64,000 bases of DNA from Myxococcota bacterium. Its GTDB lineage: Bacteria; Myxococcota_A; UBA796; CAJQPC01. This document shows, piece after piece, positions 18,787 to 27,988 of this stretch. The notes under the pieces are model-generated. The model worked only from the letters and a program-made list of their open reading frames with translations. It had not been told where the DNA came from and did not search any database. Made by a program: the position numbers and the translations under genes. The DNA lies in contig JAZAMN010000031.1 in the NCBI GenBank assembly GCA_036229005.1, forward strand, positions 160,001-224,000, given 5' to 3'. Each line of letters starts with the position of its first letter. Within the stretch, counting starts at the first letter, position 1.

Positions 18787-19517
18787 GACCGCGCCGCCTT
18801 GGGCGAGGTGATGGGCCGCAGCGACGCGGGCACCTGAGCGCCCAGGGTCCCGGTGAGCACGACCCGCTCCAGAGGGGGACTGCGCAGGGCCCCCAGATCG
18901 ACGGGACCACAGCGCGCCGCCCGGAGGCTGCGGAGCAGGGGGCACTCCGAGAGGGCCGAGAGCTGAGCCAGGGCCGGGCAGTGCTCCAGATCCACGGACG
19001 CCAGCGTCGGAGCGCGAAGGCCATCCAGGGAGACCAGGGCCGACAGGCGCTCGATCCGAAGCTCCGTGAGGGCCGGCAGCTCCAGGCCCACGCCGTCTAC
19101 GCGCTGCGTCCAGCCGTTCAGGTGCAGGGTGCGCAGGCGCTCGTGCCGAATCGGGCCGCGGCCCAGGTCCACCTGCAGGGACTCCAGCCCCACCGGCAGC
19201 GCAGGCACCTGGGTGTCCGCCAGGGAGAGGCGCAGCGTCCGCAGCTTGGGCATCGCGTGCAGCCAGGGCGCATCCAGCGGCACCCCCGGATCCGTGCGCA
19301 GCCAGGCCGACCTGACCTGCTTCAACAGCGGGTGGTCCAGCGCATACAAAAAGGCGTAGACCCCCGCGCTGCGCCAAGCCGAGCGCAGCGGCTTGCCCCG
19401 CCAGCAGAGCTGCCCCTTGTCCACGCTCAGGGACTCGGCGGCGTGCTCCGGGAGCTCTGCGGCCTGGCTCAGGGAGGCCTGCTCGGAGGAGGAGAGGAGG
19501 ACGGGCTCCAAGGACAT
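18783..19517 (-). CDS. Leucine-rich-repeat-like hypothetical protein
   Basis: Repeated LxxLxL units: 'MPKLRTLRL', 'LESLQV', 'LRTLHL', 'LPALTELRI', 'CPLLRSLRA'. Confidence 0.7.
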   Translation of the reverse strand: MSLEPVLLSSSEQASLSQAAELPEHAAESLSVDKGQLCWRGKPLRSAWRSAGVYAFLYALDHPLLKQVRSAWLRTDPGVPLDAPWLHAMPKLRTLRLSLADTQVPALPVGLESLQVDLGRGPIRHERLRTLHLNGWTQRVDGVGLELPALTELRIERLSALVSLDGLRAPTLASVDLEHCPALAQLSALSECPLLRSLRAARCGPVDLGALRSPPLERVVLTGTLGAQVPASLRPITSPKAARS

Positions 19518-19533
19518 CGGCTCACCGCTCCGG

Positions 19534-20139
19534 CTACTGGGGCCCCGGAAATCTCTGGGGATCCGCCGCCGCCGAGGACAGCACGGCCGCGAAGATGGCG
19601 TGGAAGTTGCGGGCCATGCGGGCGCGATCGTCGGGCGCCAGAGGGCCCCCTCGGCGCAGGTGCAGGACGGCGTCTTCGAGCCCCAGGAAGAGCGTGCGGT
19701 ACAGGAGCGGGTCCAGGGCCGGCCCCCGGTTCGCGGCCACGGCCCGGCGGGTCAGGTTCACCAGCTCATCCATGACGTGCTCGCGCTCGGCGAAGAGGCG
19801 GGACTCAGGGTTGACGGCCTCGGCCTGGAGCAGCCCCAGCAGCTTGCCGCCCCGCTGCTGGAACTCCAGGTAGGCGTCGACCGGGGCGCGCAGGCGCTCG
19901 GCGTCGGTGCTCGCGGCGCGCACGGCCTCGGACACGTCCTGGACCAGGGTGGCGTGGTGCTGCTCGTAGAGCACCAGGACCACGTCCTCCTTGTCGCCGA
20001 AGTACTGGTAGAAGGTCCGCCGCGAGACGCCGGCGGCCGCGACGATGTCCCGAACGGTGACCGGCCGGATGCCCACGCGCGCGATGGCCCGCGCTGCGCC
20101 TTCGAGGATCCGCGATCGGGTGGGGAGGCTGCTGTCCAT
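19534..20139 (-). CDS. TetR/AcrR family transcriptional regulator
   Basis: 'RSRILEGAA...VTVRDIVAAAGVSRRTFYQYFGDKEDV'. Alternative start 20151. Confidence 0.93.
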   Translation of the reverse strand: MDSSLPTRSRILEGAARAIARVGIRPVTVRDIVAAAGVSRRTFYQYFGDKEDVVLVLYEQHHATLVQDVSEAVRAASTDAERLRAPVDAYLEFQQRGGKLLGLLQAEAVNPESRLFAEREHVMDELVNLTRRAVAANRGPALDPLLYRTLFLGLEDAVLHLRRGGPLAPDDRARMARNFHAIFAAVLSSAAADPQRFPGPQ

Positions 20140-20193
20140 GAACGGGAGCATAGCCCGCAGATCGCCTGTGGGGGCGGTTCTGGAGGATTTCAC

Positions 20194-20300
20194 TACACAC
20201 AATGTGTAATCGGTCCGAAAGAGCCTCCAGGAGCGTCACTCTGCCGCCTCAGAAAAGCGCTTGACTGAAATAAATGCACACTATGTATACTTTGTTCAGT
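20194..20300. promoter_or_regulatory. Two TetR-like operators and a sigma70-like promoter in the divergent tetR/amidase gap
   Basis: TACACA-CAA-TGTGTA (20194-20208) and TGCACA-CTA-TGTATA (20275-20289). The second lies between TTGACT (20261) and TATACT (20286) and is flanked by the inverted arms GACTGAA/TTCAGTC. Confidence 0.65.
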
Positions 20301-20348
20301 CGAGCCCATTCCTGACCGAACGGCCGGCCCCCACTCGGAGATCCCCCC

Positions 20349-22130
20349 ATGCGCAACGCCTTCGCTGCCGCCCTCGCCATCCCCCTCGCCCTGGTCGCCT
20401 GCACCGACGCAAGCAGCAGCAGCCCGGTCGATCTGGACCCCGCCTTCTCGAGCGCCGCGCGCCAGTCCGATGTCCCCCGGGACCTGCTGGTCGCCATCGC
20501 CTTCTCGCAGAGCCGGCTGGACGACCGCGGGGGTGAGGCCGCCGAGGACGGCTCCGTGGGCATCATGGGCCTGCCCGAGTACCAGCCGGTCTCCGGTCCC
20601 CACCTGGCGCACGGCGCGGAGCTCATCGGCGCGGACATCGCCGATGTGGCCATCGACCCCGAGCTGAACATCCAGGCCGCCGCCGCCGAGCTGCGCTGGC
20701 GCGGAGACGCCTGGGAGGCCGAGACCGGCCTGGAGCTGGAGGACGTGGCCGACTGGGCCGAGGTCGTGGGCTGGTACGCCGGCGGCGAGGACGCGGGCAT
20801 GCAGCGCAGCTTCACCATCGAGGTGATGAGCTGGATCGAGCGCGGCCTGGTGGCCGAGACCCCCGCTGGCGAGACCATCGCCATCGAGCCCCGCGAGGTC
20901 GACGCCCCCTGGCTGAGCTTCTCCCCCGTGGCTGGCGTGAGCGGCGACTACTCCGGCAACGCCAACTTCGTGCAGGCGCACAGCTCCAACTACACCAACC
21001 AGTCCCGGAACAGCGGCGACATCGACATGATCGTCGTCCACACCGCCCAGGGCAGCTACTCCGGCACCGCCAACTGGTTCGCCAACAGCGCCGCCAACGC
21101 CAGCGCCCACTACGTCATCCGCAGCAGCGACGGCGAGGTCACCCAGATGGTCTGGGAGGAGGACAAGGCCTGGCACGCCGGCCACTCCTCCACCAACTCC
21201 CGCGCCGTGGGCATCGAGCTGGAGGGCTACATCGAGAAGCCCTCCACCTACTACACCGACGCGATGTACAGCTCCCTGGCCGCCCTGATCGTGGACATCA
21301 GCGACCGCCAGGGTGTGCCCCTGGACCGCAGCCACATCATCGGCCACAACGAGGTCCCCGGCTGCGCCTACTCCGGCGGCGGCGGCGCCTCCTGCCACAC
21401 CGACCCCGGCAGCGGCTTCGACTGGGACAAGCTGATGAACGAGGTCAACGCCCTCGCCACCGGTAGCAGCTCCAGCGACAGCAGCTCCAGCGGGTCCTCG
21501 ACTGGGTCCTCCGGCGGCAGCAGCTCCAGCGGGGGCTCCAGCTCAAGCGGTGGGGGCTCCAGCTCTTCCACGGGCGGCAGCTCCTCCTCCACCGGAACCC
21601 TCATCGGCTTCGTCCGCGACGGCGACATCTACTCCGGCGCCGCCATCTCGGGCGCCACCGTCACCACCTCCAGCGGCCAGAGCGCGACCACCAACTCCGA
21701 CGGCCTCTACCAGATCACCGGCGTGCCCAGCGGCTACCTGACCCTGAGCGTCAGCGCCTCCGGCTACAGCGACGGCAGCGCCGAGGAGGAGATCACCGCC
21801 GGCGCCCAGAACTGGGAGAGCGTGGCCTTGAACGCGACCGGCTCCAGCGGCGGCGTGCCCAGCAGCGCGACCCCCACCGGCTGGCAGACCGTCTACGGCC
21901 CCAGCGTCACCATGGACTGGGCCGAGGTCAGCGGCGCGACCTACGAGGTCAAGATCTACTTCTACAACGGCAGTAGCTGGAACTACTACTACGCCTACAC
22001 CACCAGCGACTCCGAGAAGACCTTCTGGCCCGCCATCGACGACACCTACTACGCGTTCAGCGTGCGAGCGAAGGGTGGCTCCGGGAGCGGGGAGTGGAGC
22101 GATAAGAACTACTTTTACTTCAACAACTGA
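20349..22130 (+). CDS. Lipoprotein N-acetylmuramoyl-L-alanine amidase (Amidase_2) with lysozyme-like N-domain, Ser/Gly linker and C-terminal beta domains
   Basis: LVAC lipobox; 'IVVHTAQG', 'SAHYVI', 'AWHAG', 'GIELEG', 'IIGHNEV', 'HTDPG'. Confidence 0.9.
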   Translation: MRNAFAAALAIPLALVACTDASSSSPVDLDPAFSSAARQSDVPRDLLVAIAFSQSRLDDRGGEAAEDGSVGIMGLPEYQPVSGPHLAHGAELIGADIADVAIDPELNIQAAAAELRWRGDAWEAETGLELEDVADWAEVVGWYAGGEDAGMQRSFTIEVMSWIERGLVAETPAGETIAIEPREVDAPWLSFSPVAGVSGDYSGNANFVQAHSSNYTNQSRNSGDIDMIVVHTAQGSYSGTANWFANSAANASAHYVIRSSDGEVTQMVWEEDKAWHAGHSSTNSRAVGIELEGYIEKPSTYYTDAMYSSLAALIVDISDRQGVPLDRSHIIGHNEVPGCAYSGGGGASCHTDPGSGFDWDKLMNEVNALATGSSSSDSSSSGSSTGSSGGSSSSGGSSSSGGGSSSSTGGSSSSTGTLIGFVRDGDIYSGAAISGATVTTSSGQSATTNSDGLYQITGVPSGYLTLSVSASGYSDGSAEEEITAGAQNWESVALNATGSSGGVPSSATPTGWQTVYGPSVTMDWAEVSGATYEVKIYFYNGSSWNYYYAYTTSDSEKTFWPAIDDTYYAFSVRAKGGSGSGEWSDKNYFYFNN

Positions 22131-22186
22131 TTTTCCAAGTAGTTCAAGCTACTTAGAATCAAGCGTGTACATACACACGCCCCGAT

Positions 22187-22227
22187 GACCCCCGAAGCCT
22201 GGAGCTCCCCCTCCGGACTCGGGGGTC
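22187..22227. terminator. Hairpin between convergent genes (bidirectional terminator candidate)
   Basis: GACCCCCGA / TCGGGGGTC outer stem plus an inner GGAG/CTCC pairing. Confidence 0.55.
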
Positions 22228-22242
22228 TTCACGTTGGCGGGC

Positions 22243-23130
22243 TCAGGCCAGCTCGGAGTTCAGCGCGGCCTTGATCGTCGGGTAGCCAAAGGCAAAGCCC
22301 GCGTCCTCCAGCACCCCCGGGACGACGTTCTGGCCGGAGAGCAGCAGGGCATCGCCCATCTCGCCCAACACCAGCTTGACGGGGCCCTTGGGCACGCGCA
22401 TGAACGCGGGTCGGCGCAGGGTGCTGGCCAGGGTCTCGGTGAAGGTGCGGTTGTCGATGCGCTCGGGGGCCACGACGTTCACCGCCCCAAGGTGTTGGCC
22501 GTCGAGCGCCCACAGAAAGGCATCCGCGGCATCGGCGAGGTGAACCCAGGCGAAGGGCTGCCGTCCGCTCCCGATGGGGCCGCCGAGTCCCAGCTTGAAG
22601 GGCAGCAGCATGGCCTCCAGAGCGCCGCCCGAGGCCGAGAGCACCACGCCCAGGCGCATGTGGCAGACGCGCGCGCCCGCCTCCCGGGCCGGGTCCGCGG
22701 CGGCCTCCCAGTCCACGCAGACCTGGGCCAGGAAGTCGCTGCCGGGGGCGTCGTCCTCGCGCACGGGCTCGGGCCGATCCGCCCCGTAGTAGCCGACCGC
22801 CGACGCGCAGATCAGCGCAGGGGGCTTGTCCTGGGCCGCCACCGCCTTGGCGATGCTCGCGGTGCCCAGGGCGCGGGAGTCGTGGATGCGCTTGCGGGCG
22901 CCGTCGGTCCAGCGCTGGTTGATGCTCTCGCCGGCCAGGTGGATCACCGCGTCCACGCCCTCCAGCGCCTTGGGATCGGTCTCCCCCTGGGGGTTCCACT
23001 GGCGCTCCCGGGGTCCCTTGGGGCTGCCGCGGCGCAGCCGGATGACCTGGTCTCCCCGTCCGCGCAGGGCTTCGCGAAGCTGCGTGCCGACGAGCCCCGA
23101 GCTCCCGGTGATGGCGATGACGCGTCCCAA
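22243..23130 (-). CDS. TIGR01777 (YfcH-like) NAD-dependent epimerase family protein
   Basis: 'ITGSSGLVG', 'HLAGESI...RW', 'SAVGYYG', 'FKLGLGGPIGSGRQ', 'GQNVVP'. TTG start with GGAGG. Confidence 0.92.
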   Translation of the reverse strand: MGRVIAITGSSGLVGTQLREALRGRGDQVIRLRRGSPKGPRERQWNPQGETDPKALEGVDAVIHLAGESINQRWTDGARKRIHDSRALGTASIAKAVAAQDKPPALICASAVGYYGADRPEPVREDDAPGSDFLAQVCVDWEAAADPAREAGARVCHMRLGVVLSASGGALEAMLLPFKLGLGGPIGSGRQPFAWVHLADAADAFLWALDGQHLGAVNVVAPERIDNRTFTETLASTLRRPAFMRVPKGPVKLVLGEMGDALLLSGQNVVPGVLEDAGFAFGYPTIKAALNSELA

Positions 23131-23188
23131 TCAAACCTCCTGGCGGTGTGGGCCCCGGTACCCGATTAGGGACGCGGGCACCTGTTCC

Positions 23189-23905
23189 ATGCGCGTGACC
23201 CTGACCCGCGGTGAAGCCTCACCCCTGTTGCAATCCCCGGCTGAGGCCGCACCTCGGGCGGTGGCGGAGGCCGTGCTGCGCGCCTGGCCCAAGCTGCAGC
23301 GCTGCACGGTGATCCTCACCAACAACCGCACCCGCGTGCTGTCCTGGCGGGCCCCGACCAAGAGCAGCCTGGAGCTGCGCGTGGCCCGCACCGTGCTGGA
23401 GCGCCCCCAGGACATCGCCGCGGTGGTCACCCGCAAGGACGAGCGCGCCTGGGCCCGACTGGCGGCCCTGCACCAGACCGAGCGCCCCGCCGCCAAGGCC
23501 CCCGTGGACGCCCCCCAGGGCCAGTTCCACGACCTGGCCCCCCTCTGCGAGCGCGCCCGCGTCCACACCCCGGAGCTCTCCGGCCCCATCCCCGTGCGCT
23601 GGGGCCGCTGGCCCTCTCGGGCGCCCCGGCGCCGCATCCAGCTCGGCGCCTGCGACGGCGTCGGCATCCGGGTGCACCCCGTGCTGGACCACCGCAGCAC
23701 CCCCGATTGGTTCCTGGCCGTGCTGCTGCACCACGAGCTGCTGCACCTGGTCATCCCCCCCACCCGCGGCCCCAGCGGCCGCCGGATCGTCCACCCCCGC
23801 GCCTTCCGGCTGCGGGAGCGCGCCCACCCCGACCACGCCCGCGCGTTGGCCTGGGAGCGCGCCAACGTCCCCACTCTGCTCCGACGCATCCAACGCAGGA
23901 TCTGA
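23189..23905 (+). CDS. SprT/M48-like zinc metalloprotease domain protein
   Basis: 'IQLGAC...IRVHPVLD...P.WF...LHHELLH...H..AF'. Confidence 0.75.
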   Translation: MRVTLTRGEASPLLQSPAEAAPRAVAEAVLRAWPKLQRCTVILTNNRTRVLSWRAPTKSSLELRVARTVLERPQDIAAVVTRKDERAWARLAALHQTERPAAKAPVDAPQGQFHDLAPLCERARVHTPELSGPIPVRWGRWPSRAPRRRIQLGACDGVGIRVHPVLDHRSTPDWFLAVLLHHELLHLVIPPTRGPSGRRIVHPRAFRLRERAHPDHARALAWERANVPTLLRRIQRRI

Positions 23906-23908
23906 ACG

Positions 23909-24502
23909 ATGCCCCACAGCTTCCGCCGCCTCACCGTCTACTGCGGCTCTTCGAGCAACGCCGCCCCCAAGTACTACGAGCTGGCCCGCCACGTGGGCCG
24001 CAGCCTCGCTCAGCGCGGCATCGGCATCGTCTACGGCGGCGGCCGAGTCGGCCTGATGGGCGCCATGGCCGACGCCGCCCTGGAGGCCGGGGGCGAAGTC
24101 ATCGGCATCATCCCCCGCCGCCTGCAAGGCCGCGAGGTCGGCCACGAGGGCCTCACCCAGCTCTACGTCGTGGACGGCATGCCCCTGCGCAAGTCCATGA
24201 TGATCCAGCTCTGCGACGGCTTCCTGGCTCTGCCCGGCGGCTTCGGCACCTGGGAGGAGATCCTGGAGGCCGCCACCCAGGGCATGCTGAACTACCACCG
24301 CAAGCCCATGGGTGTGCTGGACCTGGACGGCTACTACGCCCCCCTCAAGGCCATGATCGAGCAGGGCGTGAAGGAGCGCTTCGTGCGGGCCCACCACGCG
24401 GAGATCATCCTCTTCGACCAGCAGCTCGACGCCCTGCTCGCGCGCATGGAGCAGGCGGAGATCCCCACCATCGAGTGGCTGCAGGGCGGCGGCCGCGGCT
24501 GA
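23909..24502 (+). CDS. LOG family nucleotide 5'-monophosphate phosphoribohydrolase (TIGR00730)
   Basis: 'VYCGSS', 'VYGGGRVGLMG', 'RK', 'LPGGFGTWEE'. Confidence 0.93.
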   Translation: MPHSFRRLTVYCGSSSNAAPKYYELARHVGRSLAQRGIGIVYGGGRVGLMGAMADAALEAGGEVIGIIPRRLQGREVGHEGLTQLYVVDGMPLRKSMMIQLCDGFLALPGGFGTWEEILEAATQGMLNYHRKPMGVLDLDGYYAPLKAMIEQGVKERFVRAHHAEIILFDQQLDALLARMEQAEIPTIEWLQGGGRG

Positions 24503-24586
24503 GCGCACCGGGCCCCGGAAGCGTGAGATCGCCGCAGGGTCACGGCCGCTTGAGGCGGTGTGAGGGTGCTTGTCCAAGGAGCCCCC

Positions 24587-25456
24587 ATGCACATCCTCCT
24601 CACGTGGCTGACTGCCTGCACCGCTGACACCGTCGACACGGCTACCCAAGACAGCGCCCCTGACAGCGCGACCAGCAATGAAGCCCCTCCTGCGCCGGTC
24701 CTGAGCTGGTCCAACAGCGCCGCCGTGGGCGGCCTGGACGTGCTGGTCTGCCAGGTGGACGAGGCCGCCAGCGCCGACCCCAACGGCGATCCTCTGAGCG
24801 TCTCGTTCCGCTGGCAGCTTGATGGCCAGGACCACAGCCCCGCGGCCACCCAGACCGTCCATCCCGGTGACACTCTGCCCGCGTCCGAGACCTCCCCGGG
24901 CGAGGTCTGGACCTGCCTGGCCGTGTCCAATGACGGGCAGCTCGACAGCCCCGAGGCCTCCATCTCCCAGACCCTACAGCAGCGGGAGTGCGACGCCAGC
25001 GACCCGCTCGCGGTCTGCACCTCGATCAACGAGGGCGCCACCCCGCTGGACGCCTACACCTCGGACGCGGGCTGGCTGGCCTTCCAGCTCAGCGCTGACG
25101 GCGACCAGGCCATCCAAGGCGTGGAGTTCTACACCGGCGAGGCGACCAGCCTGACGGCCATCGAGATCTGGACCCACGACAGCAGCTCCGGGCTGCCCGG
25201 GACGCCCATCGCGGGGGCGGCCTTCACCCCCACGACCGCTCGCGGCTATCAGGGCGTGCAGTACGACGACGCCGTGGAGCTGGCCGACGGCACGCCCTAC
25301 TGGATCGTGTGGAAGCCCACGCAGGCGATGCTGGCCTCCTATACCCGAGATGACGGCGCGACGCGGCTCCCCACCACCGTGAGCTGGGACGAGGGGGCGA
25401 GCTGGAACCAGCCCTCCGACGCCCCCTACATGCTCCGAGTGAGCTGCTGCGAGTAG
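24587..25456 (+). CDS. Hypothetical lipoprotein with Ig-like and beta-sandwich domains
   Basis: AAGGAG RBS; MHILLTWLTAC; 'DPNGDPLSVSFRW...WTC...NDGQLDS'. Confidence 0.75.
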   Translation: MHILLTWLTACTADTVDTATQDSAPDSATSNEAPPAPVLSWSNSAAVGGLDVLVCQVDEAASADPNGDPLSVSFRWQLDGQDHSPAATQTVHPGDTLPASETSPGEVWTCLAVSNDGQLDSPEASISQTLQQRECDASDPLAVCTSINEGATPLDAYTSDAGWLAFQLSADGDQAIQGVEFYTGEATSLTAIEIWTHDSSSGLPGTPIAGAAFTPTTARGYQGVQYDDAVELADGTPYWIVWKPTQAMLASYTRDDGATRLPTTVSWDEGASWNQPSDAPYMLRVSCCE

Positions 25457-25463
25457 CCGGACC

Positions 25464-26660
25464 TCACACCCGCTTGGTCGCCTGCTCCGGCCGGTCGATC
25501 TTCAGGTAGATGCGCAGCGCCTCGGCGATGGCCTGGGCGATGGCCCGCGCCGAGGGCAAGGGCTCGCCGGTGGGCCGGCCCAGCTCGTCGTAGTCGAAGA
25601 TGAGGTCCTTGCGGACCTCGATGGCCACCGCGCTGGGCCGCGAAGGAGCGTACCGGTACGCCTGCACCACGCGCCCATCGCCTGCGTCCACGAACGCCCG
25701 CACCCGCTCGTAGGCGCGCTGGGACGCCGCGAACTCCTGCTCCTTGCCCAGGGGCGCGCGCTGGAAGTGGTGGATGTAGGCCCGCAGCATCTGCGCCTGG
25801 GCGTCCCGCCGGTTGGTGTCCAGCAGCATGTCCCACACCGCCAGGAAGGCCGGGTCACCCTGGGTCTCCGGGTGGGCCTTGGAGAAGCTCTCCTCCAGGA
25901 AGGCGAAGAAGCGCCAGACCTGGGAGCGCACCTCGATGCTGCCCTCGGGCAGGGTGTAGGGGAAGTTGTGGGCCACGCCAAAGCCCGCCTTCTCCACAGT
26001 CAGGCTGACCCGGTTTCGCAGGATCCGGTCGCAGGTCCACTCCCCAAGCTGCGGCGGGTAGAGCGGGTCGAAGGCCTCGGTGACCTCGTCCTTGTGCAGC
26101 CCGTCCACCCGCGTGATCAGGCTCACCGGTGCCCGCAGGGTCCCGTTTGAGTTGTAGGGGTCGTAGGTGTGCATGGCCAGCTTGAGCCGCCGGGGCTTGA
26201 CCACCCGGTCCATCTCGTCGGAGATGGTGTCGTAGTAGCGCTCCAGCAGCGCCCGCTTCTGCCCGAAGTCCAGCAGCTCCGAGAAGGGGTAGTTGATCGC
26301 GAAGCGCTGCAGGTGCGGTGCCGCCCGCGGCGTAGAGCCCGGGAAGCGGCCGAAGTCCATCAGCACCCGGGCCAGGTTCACCCGGTAGAAGGCCGGCAGC
26401 CCCAGCGCCTGCGCCAGCTCGCGGGCCATCACGGCGGCCCCCCAGTCGCGCTCGCTCACGTAGTGGTCCATGTACAGGGACTCGGGGAACTCCTCCCCCA
26501 TCCGCCCCACGCGGAACTCCTGCGGGATCACCGCGCCGTCGTGCACCACGTCGACCAGGATGCGCTCCAGGTCCCGCGCGGCGATGTCCACGGTGGGCGG
26601 GCCGCTGACCGGCACGCGCTCGAAGAGGCCACCTGGGCCGAACTCTCGCTCAAAGTGCAT
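25464..26660 (-). CDS. N-formylglutamate amidohydrolase-like protein
   Basis: 'VHDG..IP', 'RDWGA', 'ARVLMDFGR', 'YYD', 'MHTY', 'HNFPY', 'IEVRKDL'. Confidence 0.65.
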   Translation of the reverse strand: MHFEREFGPGGLFERVPVSGPPTVDIAARDLERILVDVVHDGAVIPQEFRVGRMGEEFPESLYMDHYVSERDWGAAVMARELAQALGLPAFYRVNLARVLMDFGRFPGSTPRAAPHLQRFAINYPFSELLDFGQKRALLERYYDTISDEMDRVVKPRRLKLAMHTYDPYNSNGTLRAPVSLITRVDGLHKDEVTEAFDPLYPPQLGEWTCDRILRNRVSLTVEKAGFGVAHNFPYTLPEGSIEVRSQVWRFFAFLEESFSKAHPETQGDPAFLAVWDMLLDTNRRDAQAQMLRAYIHHFQRAPLGKEQEFAASQRAYERVRAFVDAGDGRVVQAYRYAPSRPSAVAIEVRKDLIFDYDELGRPTGEPLPSARAIAQAIAEALRIYLKIDRPEQATKRV

Positions 26661-26809
26661 GCCTCTGGCCTAATCGGATTCTGGCGCGGCGCGCGTTCAA
26701 GGCCGTGTGAATCCGCAGACACTGCCCGCCGCTCCCCTGCCGCCGCGGCCCCTGCCCCGCGCGGATAGCCCCCCTCCGCAGGGCATCCCCGCGCCACCGC
26801 GCGGGCGAC

Positions 26810-27916
26810 CTATCCAGACACCCCCGACGGGATCAGGTCCACCACCAGCGCCAGGTGCGCGGAGCCCGACAGCCGCAGGGTCTGCACCCGCGCCACGCGC
26901 CAGCCCGCCCCCGCCCACGCCCGGTCCACCTGGTAGATGGGCAGCGCCGGAAGAGGCCCCAGGCGCGCCGGCCAGCTCGCGCCCCCCCCGACCCAGGCCA
27001 GCCCGCCGCCCCGCATCCGCGCCCGGGAGTTCCGGAAGGTCCCGTGGCTGTTGCTGTCCCCGACCACCACCACACCGGGCTCCTCCAGGGCCGCCGCCGT
27101 CCGCGCGAGCTGAGCGCTCGTCCCAGCCAGCGTGCCGGGCCAGTCCAGCGCCTCGCCCAACCCCCGCGGCCGGTCCGCGTGGAAGGTGATCAGCGGCAGC
27201 ATCCCCACCCCCTCGACCGTCGGGAAGCTCAGGGCCGAGAGCGCGCTGCGGTCCCCCTGAGCGGGCAGCTCCTGCACCCAGATCTCCGTCTGCTCCGCCC
27301 CACAAACCCCGAACCAGCCGTCGGTGACCAGCACCCCGGAGCCCACATCGCCCACCGCCGGGACAAAGAGGCTGCCCGTGTCCTGCTCCGGGGCGCGGGT
27401 GATGGCCTGGTGTTCCAGCTCCGCCAACGCCTGCCAGTCCAGCTCCTGGAGCACGTAGATCTGCGCGTCAAGCTCCAGCAGCGCCGGCATGGCGTCCACC
27501 AGCGCGCCCTCCGTGTTCCAGCTCACCAGGCGCAGCGGCCCCGCGGGCGCAGAGGCGTGGGACGCGCAGGAGCGCAGGGTCGGGGTCGGTCCCTCCAGCC
27601 CAAGGTCCACCGCGATGGGCGCCGCGTGGGTCCGCAGCCCGACCGCCACCGCCATCAGCCCCGAAGCGCTCGCCGTCGCGACCAGCCAACGCCGCCGGGT
27701 CAGCGCGCGCAGAAAGGCCAGCGCCAGCCCCATCCACAGCAGCGGCTCGGCCAACAGCAGCCCCAGCCCCAGCGGCGAGTCCTCTCCCCGCGCAATCACC
27801 CAACCCAGCCCCAGCGCCACGCTCAGCGTGATCCCGGCAGCCGACCGCAGCCCCAGGCGCCGCAGCAGCTCCGGTGCGGTCTCAGGCCCAGCGGGCTCCG
27901 GCGTCGGTGTGTCCAG
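26810..27916 (-). CDS. Membrane-anchored endonuclease/exonuclease/phosphatase family protein (start uncertain)
   Basis: Three TMs, then 'VSWN', 'LQE', 'GDSN', 'VDRAW', 'SAHLALVVDL'. The nearest GGAGG precedes CTG codons near 27916-27919. Confidence 0.75.
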   Translation of the reverse strand: MDTPTPEPAGPETAPELLRRLGLRSAAGITLSVALGLGWVIARGEDSPLGLGLLLAEPLLWMGLALAFLRALTRRRWLVATASASGLMAVAVGLRTHAAPIAVDLGLEGPTPTLRSCASHASAPAGPLRLVSWNTEGALVDAMPALLELDAQIYVLQELDWQALAELEHQAITRAPEQDTGSLFVPAVGDVGSGVLVTDGWFGVCGAEQTEIWVQELPAQGDRSALSALSFPTVEGVGMLPLITFHADRPRGLGEALDWPGTLAGTSAQLARTAAALEEPGVVVVGDSNSHGTFRNSRARMRGGGLAWVGGGASWPARLGPLPALPIYQVDRAWAGAGWRVARVQTLRLSGSAHLALVVDLIPSGVSG

Positions 27917-27988
27917 CAGGGCCTCCGAGCACAGGCGGGATGCCGATAGGATAGGCCAACCGCGGTCATCCGCCCCCGAGAGCTGCCC

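Noticed and set aside
21460..21600. Low-complexity AGC/TCC/GGC repeats
   Set aside because: Encodes the Ser/Gly linker of the amidase; not a CRISPR array or VNTR with a fixed unit.
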